64,000 nt of DNA from positions 10,041,056 to 10,105,055 of the forward strand of contig CM119269.1 in NCBI GenBank assembly GCA_051294375.1. Reading direction: 5' to 3'. The notes beneath the pieces are model-generated. The model saw nothing but the letters and a program-made list of their open reading frames with translations, was not told the DNA's origin and ran no database searches. The DNA comes from Paraspadella gotoi (lineage: Eukaryota > Animalia > Chaetognatha). Below are positions 25,297 through 38,468 of this stretch, one piece after another (positions within the stretch are counted from its first letter, which is position 1; every line of letters begins with the position of its first letter). The position numbers and the translations under genes are program-made.

Positions 25297-25381
25297 GTAT
25301 CAAGTTCGGTCGGTGTTCGACTACACAGCTAAAGCAGAAGACTTAGGATCCGTTGTCTCTTGTGCCTTCGACGTTCCCCAG
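25297..25381 (+). CDS. IgSF exon 6: Ig2 E-F strands (RYQVRSVFDYTAKAEDLGSVVSCAFDVPQ), CD80-like C2-set signature
   Basis: Acceptor gtgcaccccAG and donor CAG|GTCAGT; phase 2 to 0. SxLx(Y/F)T..EDxGxxxxC pattern typical of nephrin/CADM-type C2 domains. Confidence 0.85.
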
Positions 25382-26393
25382 GTCAGTTTATCTCGAATTG
25401 ACTGCTTTGTGGTAAGTTTTATAATTAAACAAACGAAATTAAAAGGATAAAAAAAGTACTAGAAGTGGAGATAGGGGTTAAGGGAGATTAAAACTAAAAG
25501 TGACAATTTTGCGGCTTGGTAAGGGATGGGTCCGGAAAGGCAAAAAATTAGGAATTCAAAGAAAAAACCTTAAAAGGGAGAAAATTTTAAAATCTAAATG
25601 ATTTATGAGAATGGAGCAGAGAAGGTTTAAAAAGGAGGAAGAGGTTGAAAGGGAAAGAAAAAATGAAATTTGGGTTAAAGAAGGAAAATATAAATTATTT
25701 CATAAAGTATAACACCAAAAAAATACAAGAAATAAAAAAAAAATTACAAAAAAATAAATAAAAAGAAAAGACAAAAAAANNNNNNNNNNNNNNNNNNNNN
25801 NNNNNNNNNNNNNNNNNNNNNNNNNNNNNNNNNNNNNNNNNNNNNNNNNNNNNNNNNNNNNNNAAAAAAAAAGAAAAAAGAGAAAGACAGAAAAAAGCGA
25901 AAGAAAGTAAAATAAAGAAAAGAAAAGAAAAGAAAAAAAAACTTAAATAGTGATTTACTAAANNNNNNNNNNAAACATTTTTTGTGGCTCTAACCGACAA
26001 AACCTCGGCCGCCCATTTCAAGGTCAACCAAAATTATGGAACTAATTTACCGATAATAAATCCCCAACGCTTTGGAAGTGTGTGTGAGAGAGAGAGAGTG
26101 GAAGTGAGAGATTGAGAGGGAGTGGAGAAAGAACAGAGAAACAGGAAGAGCAAAAGCGCAAAAGAGGCTATATCTCTTTGCGTCGCCTTGGGAGATTAAA
26201 CGTCGTCGTCTCCATAGCAACGAGGGTCGTATCTCTCGGCCGTAGAGAGAGAGAGGAGAGAGGGAGAGAGGGATAGAGAGTCGTATCTCTAGGCCGTTGC
26301 CAGGATGAAGAGCGAATAAAAGGACGGATGTAAGGGCCGGTCTTCCCTTAAGAGCCATCGCCTAGAGGGGACTCCGGAGGTGCTGTCCTTCTT

Positions 26394-26522
<129 letters not shown>

Positions 26523-29389
26523 AGGGTTTTTCTCTCTCCCTCCTTTGTCTTTTTTCCCCTGGGAGGATGTTCTTCCTTGTCCCTTTTCTATGTCCATTGT
26601 CCATTTTCCATGTCCATAGTTTCTTCTGCTTTTCTTCTCAACAAAAAATACTCTCCATTCATGATCACAAACTTGTTTCCCTTTTCCCAATTCTCATCGT
26701 CAATTAAACTCATTTCCGCTCGAGTTGTGGCTCCAACTCTTTCTTTGATCAACGAAACGATTTCTTTCGACTCAGAAAAAAAATTTCTTTTTTTTTTTCA
26801 AAAGGAATAAAAACAATTAACGAATATAGAGTCTTGGCGAATTTCTCCTCAAGTTTTCTTTTTTTCCTTTCTATTTCTTTTCCTAACCTTCTCTATTTCT
26901 CCTCTCATCCCTTAAAAGGAAACCGATTTTAACCGTTTACGAATCTCAACCAAAACAGTTATCGCCAATCATTAACCGTTTCTTCTCTCAAAAAAAGGAG
27001 AATCCCATTATACCAATTCCTTCGAGTGACCTTGTCTTCCACTATATCCTTTATGGTCCACNNNNNNNNNNTATTCTCCTCGCGAATCTGCCCTTCCTTT
27101 TCTTTTCTCTCTTTTTCCTTTCCCAACCTTCAGGTCCTCCTGTATTTTTCTCCTTCTTAAAATCTACCCAATGTCGCTTTCTCCCTCAACCTTTCATATT
27201 TTCCCCCTTTTTTTTTAAGTCGCAAAATGTATTTTCTTCAAAAAATAATATTTATCCCAGGTGGTCTACAATAAAAATCCTTCTTTCAGAATCGTTTTTT
27301 TTTTCAAATCGTCCCATAACCTTTTCTCTCATACCAATCCCCAACTTAATCTCTCAGCCTCGTCCTTAACATCCCTAACCCATGAACTAATCTTCAATCC
27401 TAAAACTAACGGAAAGGCGGCCATTTATGAAAAATATATAAATTTTCTTTGTCTTTCTTATATATCTTTTTTTTTCTTATTGATTACATCATACCTCCCG
27501 CCTCCTGCACAGTATCTCCCCAAACCTATTATCTAATAATAGCGTCGCCCTCTATGGAGATAATCCGCGTTAATGCCCTTCAATTAGAGGGCAGCAGGCC
27601 AACGAAGAGGCGGGGGGGGAAACGGCTTTTCTAAAGTCCACCACGCAAAACCGGAACTGGAAAGAAGGTCGAGCGCAACAAAGGGGAAGGACAGGTGAGG
27701 TGAGGCAAAATTGGTGAGGCGATGTTGTTGGGTAGAGAACAGTGTGACTTATGAAAGAGATGAAATACTCGAGCAGGATTAGATTGGTGGTGCATGTGTG
27801 ATAGTTTTTAAGTTTAAGTCTGTGTATATTAGTTAATAAGGGCTGAAACAAATATTAAATAAAGTTTAGTAAGCTTCTTTAGAATAGTTAAGCAAATAAT
27901 GGTAAAGTGGTAAAGTTATTCAACCAAGTTAATAAGTACATAAACTGAGAATATAAAAATAAAAACAGAAAAGAAATGTGCTGAAAAAGTTTATAAACCG
28001 GAGCAAAGATCGAAAGGAAAAGTGTTCAAGGACATAAAATGTTTGACTCTTAGCCGAAGAAGGGTAAAAAGACGAAAACAGCTTAAATCGAAAGTTCTGG
28101 GACTTCGCCATAAGGAAAACCAAGTACGATGCAATTTATAATATAATATATATAAATAATAAAAAAGAAAATTAGAGTCAGAGACAAGAATAAAAGATTG
28201 TCTCAGACCCTACGTAGACCGAGGAACGAAAGACAAGCGATAAGGACAACGAAGTCATTTCTTGATCTCCAGGGGCGAAATTTTGCATTCGAAAACTGAA
28301 AGGAAAAGAATTGCTCCTCGACTAGCAAAATCGTTTTGGTCAATTGGGCAAAATTGTACCTAAATACTTTCGGTTCGGTCATGACAAGTGGTCAAGAGTG
28401 GCACAGATTTTGGGACCGAACTGTTGTCGCCATGTTGGGAAAGAAGGATTTTGGCTTTACTTTATTCTCAAGGCCCACAAACGTTGCAGACCGGAAAAAA
28501 TTTCAAGATTCCCTGAGCGGCAAACCGGACCAATTTAGGATCCCCTTTTAGGGAGGCAACCAGCACCAAATTAAGATCCCCTTTACGGCTGCAAACCGCG
28601 GACAAAATTTAAGATCCCCTTACGGCCCGTAAACAGGATCAAAACTGAAGATCCCCTTAAGCGACCGCCTAACGGGCACCAATTCAAGAATCCCCCAAAT
28701 CCTCAAACCGCGGCCCAATTCAACGATCCCTTCAGCCAACAAACCGGACCAAAATTCCAAAATCCCCCAAACAGGAGCGACTGTTCGGCAAAAATCCCCT
28801 GCATCAGAACGCGAAGGTGCGCAAGTCAGGGAAAGAGAGAAACTCTAAGCGGACGGAAAAAAAAGGAGAGAGAGAAAAGATGCAAGGAAATTGAGGAAAA
28901 AAAGAGGGGAAAAGTGAAGGTGATAAATGAAAAATAAATTCACAAGGGAGGGAGAAGATTAATAATTTAAATATAACGGGGTGTGAATGAGTCGAAATTT
29001 TTATAGTGTTGTGTTGCTACCAAATTTCAGTTGTTTGAAATGTAAAAAAATTTTAATAAAGTATAAGGTTTATGAAGTTAGGGATGATATGATTAAAAGT
29101 AAAATGTAAAAATTCTCTGAAATAAATTAGAAAGGCTAAATGAGAATATAAAACCAAATATTTCACCTTGAGAAATTACATGTTTACATATATCTTTATT
29201 GTTGGCTATCTCGTGTTTGTTTTTCATATCAAATTCACGTGTCGGTCATCTTTAACCATTCATCTCCTATCTGTCATTCATCATTGCTCTATCCAGTTAA
29301 TATATCCATTCAATTCTTACCACCTCCATCTACATTCTACATCCACCATTACTCCACCCGATTGTTATTCATCTATCATCTTCATCTCC

Positions 29390-29725
29390 CAACTCACATC
29401 TCCCATCTCACTTCTCCCATCTAACTTTTCCCATCTCCCATTCTTCATCTCCCCATCTCACATAATCCAATCTCACTTTTCCGGATCTCCCTTTCTTCTA
29501 TCTCCCATCGACATCTCCTATCTCACTTCTCCCATCTCCCATCTCACTTTTCCATCTCCCATCTTCTTATCTCCCATCTCACAAATCTCATATCGTCCCA
29601 TCACACTTTTCCTATCTCCCATCTTCTTTTCCCTTCTCCATCTTCTATACTTCCCATCTCACTTCTCCACTTCTCCCATCTCCCATCTACCTTTTTCCCC
29701 TTCTCCCTATCTCTATCTCCATGCT
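29390..29725 (+). repeat. Degenerate (ctcccat)n repeat
   Basis: Many tctcccatctc motifs. Confidence 0.75.
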
Positions 29726-30059
29726 CCCACCTGCTCACTTGCTTTTAATCCGATTTGATCCGTGACTGAGATCGAAAATTTATGAACTCTTCGCCCCCTT
29801 TATTTTATTAAATAAAAGGAGTCTAAATAAAGATAATTAGATTCTTCTAGATTAAAGCATAAATAAAGAAAAATAAAAAGCTCTAAATAATATTTATCAA
29901 ACTATATAGATTTAATTTTTCTTTATCGCTCCATTTACCCTCTTCAATAGGACTTTTTCCCTTTATCTAACATTCAGACATTTTGGCGGAACCCCCATTG
30001 GATCCTAATCGCCTCACCTTAGCACCGTAATAATCTCAACCCCTTTCGTGCAACCCCAG

Positions 30060-30146
30060 GTATTCAAGTCGGTCGGTGTTCGACACACAAGCTAAAGCAG
30101 AAGACTTAGGATCCCGTTGTCTCTTGTGCCTTCGACGCGTCCCCAG
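30060..30146 (+). CDS. Direct duplicate of exon 6 with indel errors
   Basis: Near-identical to 25297-25381, inside the 27.6-33.1 kb duplicated block. Confidence 0.6.
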
Positions 30147-30972
30147 TGTTTCAGTTTATCTCGAATTGACTGCTTTGCTTGTAAAGTTTTATAATTAACA
30201 AAAACGAAATTAACAAGGATAAAAAAGCAGTACTAGAAGTGCGAATAAGGGGTTAAGGGAGTTATTAAAACTAAAAGTTGACAATTTTGCGCTTGGAGAA
30301 ATTCCAGAACCCGTGTGACCTGACACGACGACGCGGGCCCTATTTCGGCCCACCCTGCGATAGGGCGGGTAAAGGGGATGGGTCCCCGAAAGGCAAAAAT
30401 TAGGAATTCAAAGAAAAAAACCTTAAAGGTGAAGAGCAAATATTTTAAAACTCTAAATGATTTATGAGACATGAGCCAGCGAGAGGAAGGAGGTGTTAAA
30501 GGGAAAGAAAAACGTAATGAAATTTGGGTTTAAAGACTGAGGGAAAATATAATTATTTCTATGAAGTATTTAACACCAAAACAAAATACCAAGAAAATAA
30601 AAAAATAGAATTACAAAAAAACATAAATTAAAAAGAAAGACAAAAAAAAAAGAAAAAAAAAACAAAGAGAAAGACAGAAAACAGCGAATATAACAAGAAA
30701 GTAAAATAAAGAAAAAAAAAGAAAGCAAAAAAACTTAAATATGTGATTTACTAAAGAAACCCCTCAAACGATTTTTTGTGGTGGCCTCTAACGACAACAA
30801 CCTCGGCCGCCCATTTCAAGGTCAGACCAAAATTATGGACTAAATTTACCGATAATAAATCCCCAACGCTTTGGAAGCTGTGTTGTGAGAGAGAGAGAGG
30901 GGAAGTGACGAGATTGAGCAGGAGTGGAAAATCTTTAAAAGAGAGAGAGAGAATGAGACGGATGAGATGAGA

Positions 30973-31004
<32 letters not shown>

Positions 31005-31916
31005 CAGAGAAACAGGAAGCAGCCAAAAAGCGCAAAAGAGGCTATATCTCTTTGCGTCGCTTGGAGAATTAAACGTCGTCGGTCTCCATACGCAACGAGG
31101 GTCGGTATCTCTTCGGCCGTAGAGGAGAGAGAGGAGAGAGGAGAGAGCGGATAGAGAGTCGTATCTCTAGGCCGTTGCCAGGATGAAGAGCGAATAAAAA
31201 GGACGGATGTAAGGGCCGGTCTTCCCTTAAGAGCCATCGCCTAGAGGGGACTCCGGAGTTGCCTGGCCTTCTTTCTTTCTCTCTCTTCTCTCTCTCTCTC
31301 TCTCTCTGACTCTCTCTCTCTCTTCTCATCTCGCTCTCTCTCTCTCTCCTCTCTCGTTCCTAAGGTTTTTCTCTCTCCCTCCTTTTGTCTTTTCCCGCCT
31401 GGGAAGATGTCTTCCCTTGTCCCTTTTCTATGTCCATTGTCCATTTTCCATCGTCCATAGTTTCATTCCTGCCTTTCTTCTCAACAAAAAGATCTCTCAT
31501 TCATGACACAATACTTGTTTCCCTGTTTCCCGAATTCTCACGTCAATTAAACCATTTACCGCTCGGGAGTTGCTGGGCCTCCAACTCTTTCTTGATCAAG
31601 AAACGATTTCTTTTTCGACTCAGAAAAAAAAATTTCTTTTTTTTTTTCAAAAGGAAATAAAAACAATTAACGAATATAGAGATCTGGCGAATTTCCTCCT
31701 TCAAGTTTTCTTTTTTTCCTTTTCTATTTCTTTTCCTAACCTTTTCTAATTTCTCCTCTCCATCCCTTAAAGGAAACACGATAACCGGTTTACGAATCTC
31801 AACCAAAACAAGTTATCGCCCAATCATTAACGCCGTTTCTTCTCTCAAAAAAAGGAGAATCCCATATAACCAATTCCTCGAGTGAACCTTTCTTCCCACT
31901 ATATCCTTTATGGTCC

Positions 31917-32535
31917 CCTAACATATCCCTAGGCCATTTGCCTCTTTTTTTTTTTTTAAGTTCATAGACAGAAACTTGTCAAATTTTTTTTTTTAACTAT
32001 CATAAATAAAAGGCCATAAATACCAGATTAAAATTATTTTGGAATACCCCTGTATCCTAATTATTATTATTCTTTCGTTAATGATACTATTTATTAATTT
32101 TTATCATTATTACTATTATTATTTGTATACATTATTATTATTATAGTTATTATTATACTATGATTGGAACTTACTATTATTTGCAATACCCTCATTCCTA
32201 ATTATTATTGTTCGTTATCATTAATTACCCTCATAGATGATAGATGATAATGATAATTGATAGTATTTACCTTTTTTTTTCATTTGCAAGTTTCTGTCTA
32301 TGACTAAAAAAATGGCAACAATGGCTAGTGTATATGATAAGTATTCACTCATGATTTTCATTGATATATTTAATACTTTCCAATTTGCAATGTCCGCAAT
32401 GATCCTTAATTGTTTGAATTTTATTTTTTTGTTTGCCATTAGTGCATTTTTCTTGCTCAAATACTCATCGCTTTCAACTCGTTTTAATCTTCTTATTGTT
32501 TAATTTGCTCAAATTGTCTTTTTATTCAGAAAAAA
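31917..32535. mobile_element. About 620-bp insertion flanked by a 16-bp target-site duplication
   Basis: ATATCCTTTATGGTCC at 31901-31916 and 32536-32551, with a single copy at the empty site (about 27044-27059). Short A-run at the right end. Internal inverted repeat tcatagacagaaacttg (about 31962-31978 vs 32287-32303). Confidence 0.7.
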
Positions 32536-33187
32536 ATATCCTTTATGGTCCACCCCATTCTCCTATTCTTCCTCCCAAGTCTGCCCTTTTCCTTTCTGTT
32601 CTCTCTTTCCCGTTTGCCCAACCTTCAGCGTCCTCCAATGTATTTTTTCCTTCGTAAAATCTACCCAATGTCGCTTTTCTCCCTCAACCCCTTTCAATTA
32701 TTTTCCCCCTTTTTTTTGTTAGAGTGCAATAAATGTTATTTTCTTCCAAAAAAAATATATTTATACCCAGGTGGTCTAAATAAAAATCCTTCTTTCAGAA
32801 TCGTTTTTGTTGGTTTTTTTCCAAAATCGTCCATAACCTTTGTCTCTCATACCCAATCCCCAACTTAAGCTCCAGCCTAGTCCTTAACATCCCTAACCCA
32901 TGAACTAATCTTCAATCTTAAAACTAAAACGGAAAGGTCGGCCATTTATGAAAAATATAATAAATTTCTTTGTCTTTCTAAATTATATCTCTTTTTTCTT
33001 ATGTTTACATTCCATATACCTCCCGCCTTCCTGCACAGTATCTCCCCAAACCTATTATCTAATAATTAGCGTCGCCAAAATCTATGGAGATAATCAGCGT
33101 TTAATGCCCTTCAATTAGAAGCAGGGCTCTTATCGAATCCACTGTGGGCGCGGGGGGGGTTTTCGTTTCGCTTGTCCCACCACCTCC

Positions 33188-33267
<80 letters not shown>

Positions 33268-35744
33268 CCGTTATTCGCCCTTTGGCTTTACGTCGGGTAT
33301 TCTCTCCCTTATTTCCTCTAATGCAGATTCTGTATCGACCAATAAAACGTCAGTTGAGAAGANNNNNNNNNNNNNNNNNNNNNNNNNCGCGCTTTTCCTT
33401 CGCCTTTCATCTTTTTCCTTCCTCCTTTCTTTCTTTCCTCCATTTATTTTCTTTTTATTTCCTCCTTTCATTTGATTTCTTTTTTTTTCTTTTATTTTTA
33501 GTTCCTCCTTTTATTTTTCTGTCTTCCTTTTTTATTTCTTTAATTTTCTTTTTTCTTTCCTCCTTTTATTTTTCTCTCCTCCTTTTCTACCCTCATTCTA
33601 TTTCCTCTTTTTATTTTTTATCCGTTTTTTTAATTTATTATCCTCATTTTTATTCTTTTTTTTCCTTCTTCCTATTTTTTTCTTTTCCTCCTTTTTCCCA
33701 TATTTTTTTCTTTCCTTTTTTTTCCTTATTTTTTCTTTTTTTTTATTTTCGTCGTTTTTTTTCCTCTATTTTTTTCTCTTATCCCTCCTCCTTTCCTTTA
33801 ATCTAATTTTGCGTTATTTTTTTGTTTTTTCTTTTATTATTTTTTTTTTTACATTTTTTTCATTATTTTCTTTTATCTTTTTTCCATTCCCTTCCCTTTA
33901 CCTTTCATTACACTTCACACTTTCCTTATTTCCTTTATAACTTTTAACCTTTCATTCTATAATCTTCTTTTCAGTTTACCCCTCCAATCAAATTTTCCTT
34001 TCATTTTTCAAATTAGCATCTTTTTCCTTTTTTCCTTTCTTCATTCCTTCCTACCTTCCTTCCTTCATTCCTTCCTTCCTTCCTTCCTTCCTTCCTTCCT
34101 TCCTTCCTTCCTTCCTTCCTTCCTTCCTTTCTCCATTCATTTTTCATTTCCTTTCCCTTTTTTTCCTATCCTTTTCTTTTTTCCTAGATCAGACGGCTTA
34201 ATAGGTCGGACCCTCGTAATCTGCCCAGGCTGGCACGCGGCCCGGCAGCCGCGGCTCCGTTGCCCGGCTGCCGCGGCCCCCGGCGGCTGCCAGAGAAAAA
34301 GAGATACATCTTCATCGCTTCAGCTCCCGCGAGCGACGGTCAACTGACCCGTCCTGTTGTTGTTGTTGTTGTTGTTGATGTTATAGTTATTGTTGTTGTT
34401 GTTGTTTATATTGTTGTTGTTGCCGTCGTCGTCGATTTGGATTGACGTGAATAAATATAAAAAAGAAGATGAAAAAAAAAGGTTTGACAGAGAGGGAGAG
34501 GAGGATAGAAATCGCGAAACAGTAAGGTTAGAGTGTGGGAGTGAGAGGGAGAGGGAGTGAAGAAGGAGAAGAGTGGGAGGAAATTCCTTGGAAATCCTTG
34601 GTGTCTATGGGTTTCATGGGATACGAGTGTTCCTCGAGGTCAAGGACTTTAAGGCGCCGAAGACAAGAAAAGAGGAAATGAGGTCACGATTTCGGGAGAG
34701 ATAAGAAAAGAAAAGAAAAGAAAGATAAGAAGAGAAAAGAGAGGAATAGAAAAAAAAAGATGAGAGAATGAAAGAGAAGAAAAGAAAATAAAGATGAGAG
34801 AAGAAGAGAGAAGAAAAGAAGATAAATATGAGAGAAGAACAGAGGAGAAAAGAAGAAAAAGATCAGAGAATAAAAGAGAGGAAAAAATTATAGAAAAAAG
34901 AAGAAAAGGAAAGAGAAGAAAAAAGAAAAGAAAAGAAAAGAAGAGAAAAGAGTCGGAATCTGCCATAAGGATATCTGGGTAAAAACTAAGACTCAGGAAA
35001 AAAAAGAGTCTAAGGTTGACTTTTATGTGGCAACTTAATTAATTATGAAAGATAATAACCCGAGATTTTTGCCATTTGAGTTATAATATCTGACAGGAAA
35101 AATCACACGAGGACAACAAAGTTGAAAACGAAACGAAAGAAGGAAAAACCGCAGCTGTGGTTAATTATTTAATTAATAATTAATTCGCTAAAGATAAAAG
35201 TGAAAGAGAAAAAATAAAAAGAAGCGACGACGAATATGAAGACGACGAAGACTAAATGATGATGACAACGACGTTGTGACGACGACGACGACGACGACGA
35301 TAATGTTGACGAAGACGACGTTAACGGCGATGAAGAAGACAAAGACGACGATGGAGACAAAGATGTCGACAATGACAATGACGTTGACGATAACGAGAAT
35401 GATGACGAAGACGATGATGACAAATATAAGGACGACAACGATAAAGTCTATGATGACGACGAATTAGACGAAGATCACCATCTTGACAACAAAAACGTCG
35501 ATAACGAAGACGACAATAACGACGGAAAACACAACTATGACAACAAAAATTACGATTAAATTGACGACAACGACGTCAAAGCCCACACCCACCTTTCAGC
35601 GCCATCCGAATCTCCCAATGCTTCTCCCCCCCTCGCCTCCCCCCTCCCTCCCCCTCGACTCCCCCCTCCCCTCCCCCCTCGCCTCCCCCTCGACTCCGAA
35701 AAGGTCAAAAGATAAAGGAACCGGATAAAAAATCAAGGCCCCGG

Positions 35745-35890
35745 ATGGATGATGGACGGATGGATGGGATGGAATCGGATGGATGGATGGATGGATGGAG
35801 GATGGATGGATGGATGGATGATGGATGGATGATGAGATGGATGGATGGATATGGAGGAATGGATGGATGGATGAATGGATGAATGGATAT
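35745..35890 (+). repeat. (GGAT)n microsatellite; other tetra/pentamers: (TTCC)n 34055-34128, (AAAG)n 44568-44661, (ATCA)n 14924-14963, (ATTGT)n 19206-19235
   Basis: Direct reading. Confidence 0.9.
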
Positions 35891-36234
35891 GTGGGTATTA
35901 ACCACTGGTTAACGAGATGTCAAACTAAAAGGGTAATTAACAGATGGGCAGGAAAAATAATGGACGGAATGAAAGATAGATTTTTAAACTGGACAGACGC
36001 ACAGACGAAAGTACGGACAAACGGATAGAAAAACATTATGGAGAAATAAGTAAATTGACGGATGGTCGCATCAATGAATGTAAAGACGGACAGATAAACG
36101 AATGGACTTAGAGATAGATAGATTAATGTACGGACGCACGGACGAATTGAGGAGCAGACGGCGGAAAAGGCGAGGAGACGTCCATTCATCATTTCCACGT
36201 TATGAAGAGATCCGCGCGTTTATGGGGAGAATTC

Positions 36235-36350
<116 letters not shown>

Positions 36351-37291
36351 TTCTCTCTCTCGTCTCTCTCTCGTCGTCGTCGTCGTCGTCGTGACTATCG
36401 TTCTCCGATCCTATTGTTTAATGTTTATCCGTTGACTTTTTGTTTCTGGAATCAAAGTCAATTTTTGATCAAAATTTAATCAATGAAAGAGAAAAAAAAT
36501 GTAGGTCGATTTGGATAAAAGAGAAATTGGCCGAAAGATAAAATGATACGGTATCGTGTCGAAAAGAACATTCTTGAGGTGCATGTAGTGCCATGTTATG
36601 TTATGTCATGCAATGTTAAGTCATGTCGGAGTATTTATCATTCAAAACAAAGGTTTTAGAGAAGATAAAACCAATCTATCAATCTGATATATAATGATAT
36701 TTTCTTTAAATGAGGTTTAAAATTAAGAATAAATTGATTGAAATTCAAGTTTATTTTTCGATTAATTATCAAAATCATTTTTTTCTCTCATTTTCAGACG
36801 AATGCTCGGTTATCGTCGTCGTCCTCATTATCGTCGTCGTCGTCGTCATCGTCACGATCCAACAACAGAACTTTGGCCAAAAAAGGTGAGATTCGATTCA
36901 CGTGAAGGAAAAGATCGAAAATTACGTCACTTCGTTTTTTCGACTTATGAAATTGGTACAACCAATATGAAAATCATCCATTCATTTTTGTTATATTTAT
37001 ATAATTGAAAGTCGATTTTAAAGAAACTAAGCAAAACTTTATATTTTGAGCTTAATACGTAATTTTTTTTCAGTAAAAAAAAATAGTGTTTTAAATTATC
37101 GAATTTTAGAGATATAAAAATATTTTAAATTCTGAAGGTTTTTTTTTCTACAAATCTTTAGAAAATTTGAATTTGTTCTCCATCAAAACTTCAATTAATG
37201 GAATAACTAAATCCAACGTCACCCTTAACCCCTTCCACAACTCCTCGCTCACACTCTTCCACAACCNNNNNNNNNNNNNNNNNNNNNNNNN

Positions 37292-38391
37292 AATTCATTA
37301 AGTCTCGGGTTCAATCCCACCGTTAACTTTCCTTGGAAGAGTGAGGAGGGGGGGATAGATCGGTAAAACTTCTAAGCCTTGCTCTAAGATACGTAAGTAT
37401 TAAGTAACCCTGTTTGCTGTATGAGGAGCTAAGGATATTACGTAGATAACTTAACATAACGCGCGTATTGTTTTAGTTAAAACTTTGCAGATATAAGTGA
37501 TCGACGCTTGAAGCTCAATTGCTCATACATTTCATATTTGGGTAGTCACGTGATCTCCCGTAAATATATACTTGATAAGAAAGTCAATGGGGCGCAACAC
37601 ATTGGAATTACCGTTCTTGTTTCAGTTATATTTCAGATTTCTTTTCATCCAAACTTGAAAGTAAAAGAGAGATCAAAGGAAAAATACTTCTGGTCTCTTC
37701 TGTTTTTCGGAGTGACAAAAAAAAAAAGAAAGATAAGTTTTCTTTTCTTCTCTGATTTTGGAGGCAAAGATTCGAGGGTCACGAACTTTCTCAACGAGTC
37801 TTATCTCGAAAAAAAAGAAAAAAAGAAAGAAATAGAATCTAAGACAAAGAAAAAAAACATAAGAACAAAGAAAAAGAATTGCTTCTTCATGCAGACGGAA
37901 TAAAAAAAGCAGACTTTGAGCACGAGAGTGTCTATTTGCCTTTGCAAAAACTCGCAACTTGAAGTAGCATCATGAAAAAATATTTATTTTATAGTAGTAA
38001 AGCTTTCCTAACGAAGTGAAAGAAGATTAAATTAAACTTTAATACTTAATAATAATATTTATACAATGGGAAAATATATTTTCTTGAGGAGGATAATGAA
38101 AGTGGGAAGAATTAGGTTTTGAATTTGATCTAAAATGACCAAACATCAAAAATCCAATTTTTCATATGTCCATTCAGTTGATATTTAGTAAATTAATTTG
38201 TCCCTTTCGCCCTCACACGTTATTTTCTCTCTCAACCCCTTCCTTACTTTTTTTCCTCGTCTAACATCAGACGATGTTTGTGATTTGTGATCGGGTCTCA
38301 TTACTTTTCACTGAATCTCTCGCCGGCGGCGAAGCGCGTTGGTGACATTTCGTAAGCGGTTGTGATAAATTGGTTTCGCGAGATAGAGAGA

Positions 38392-38468
<77 letters not shown>

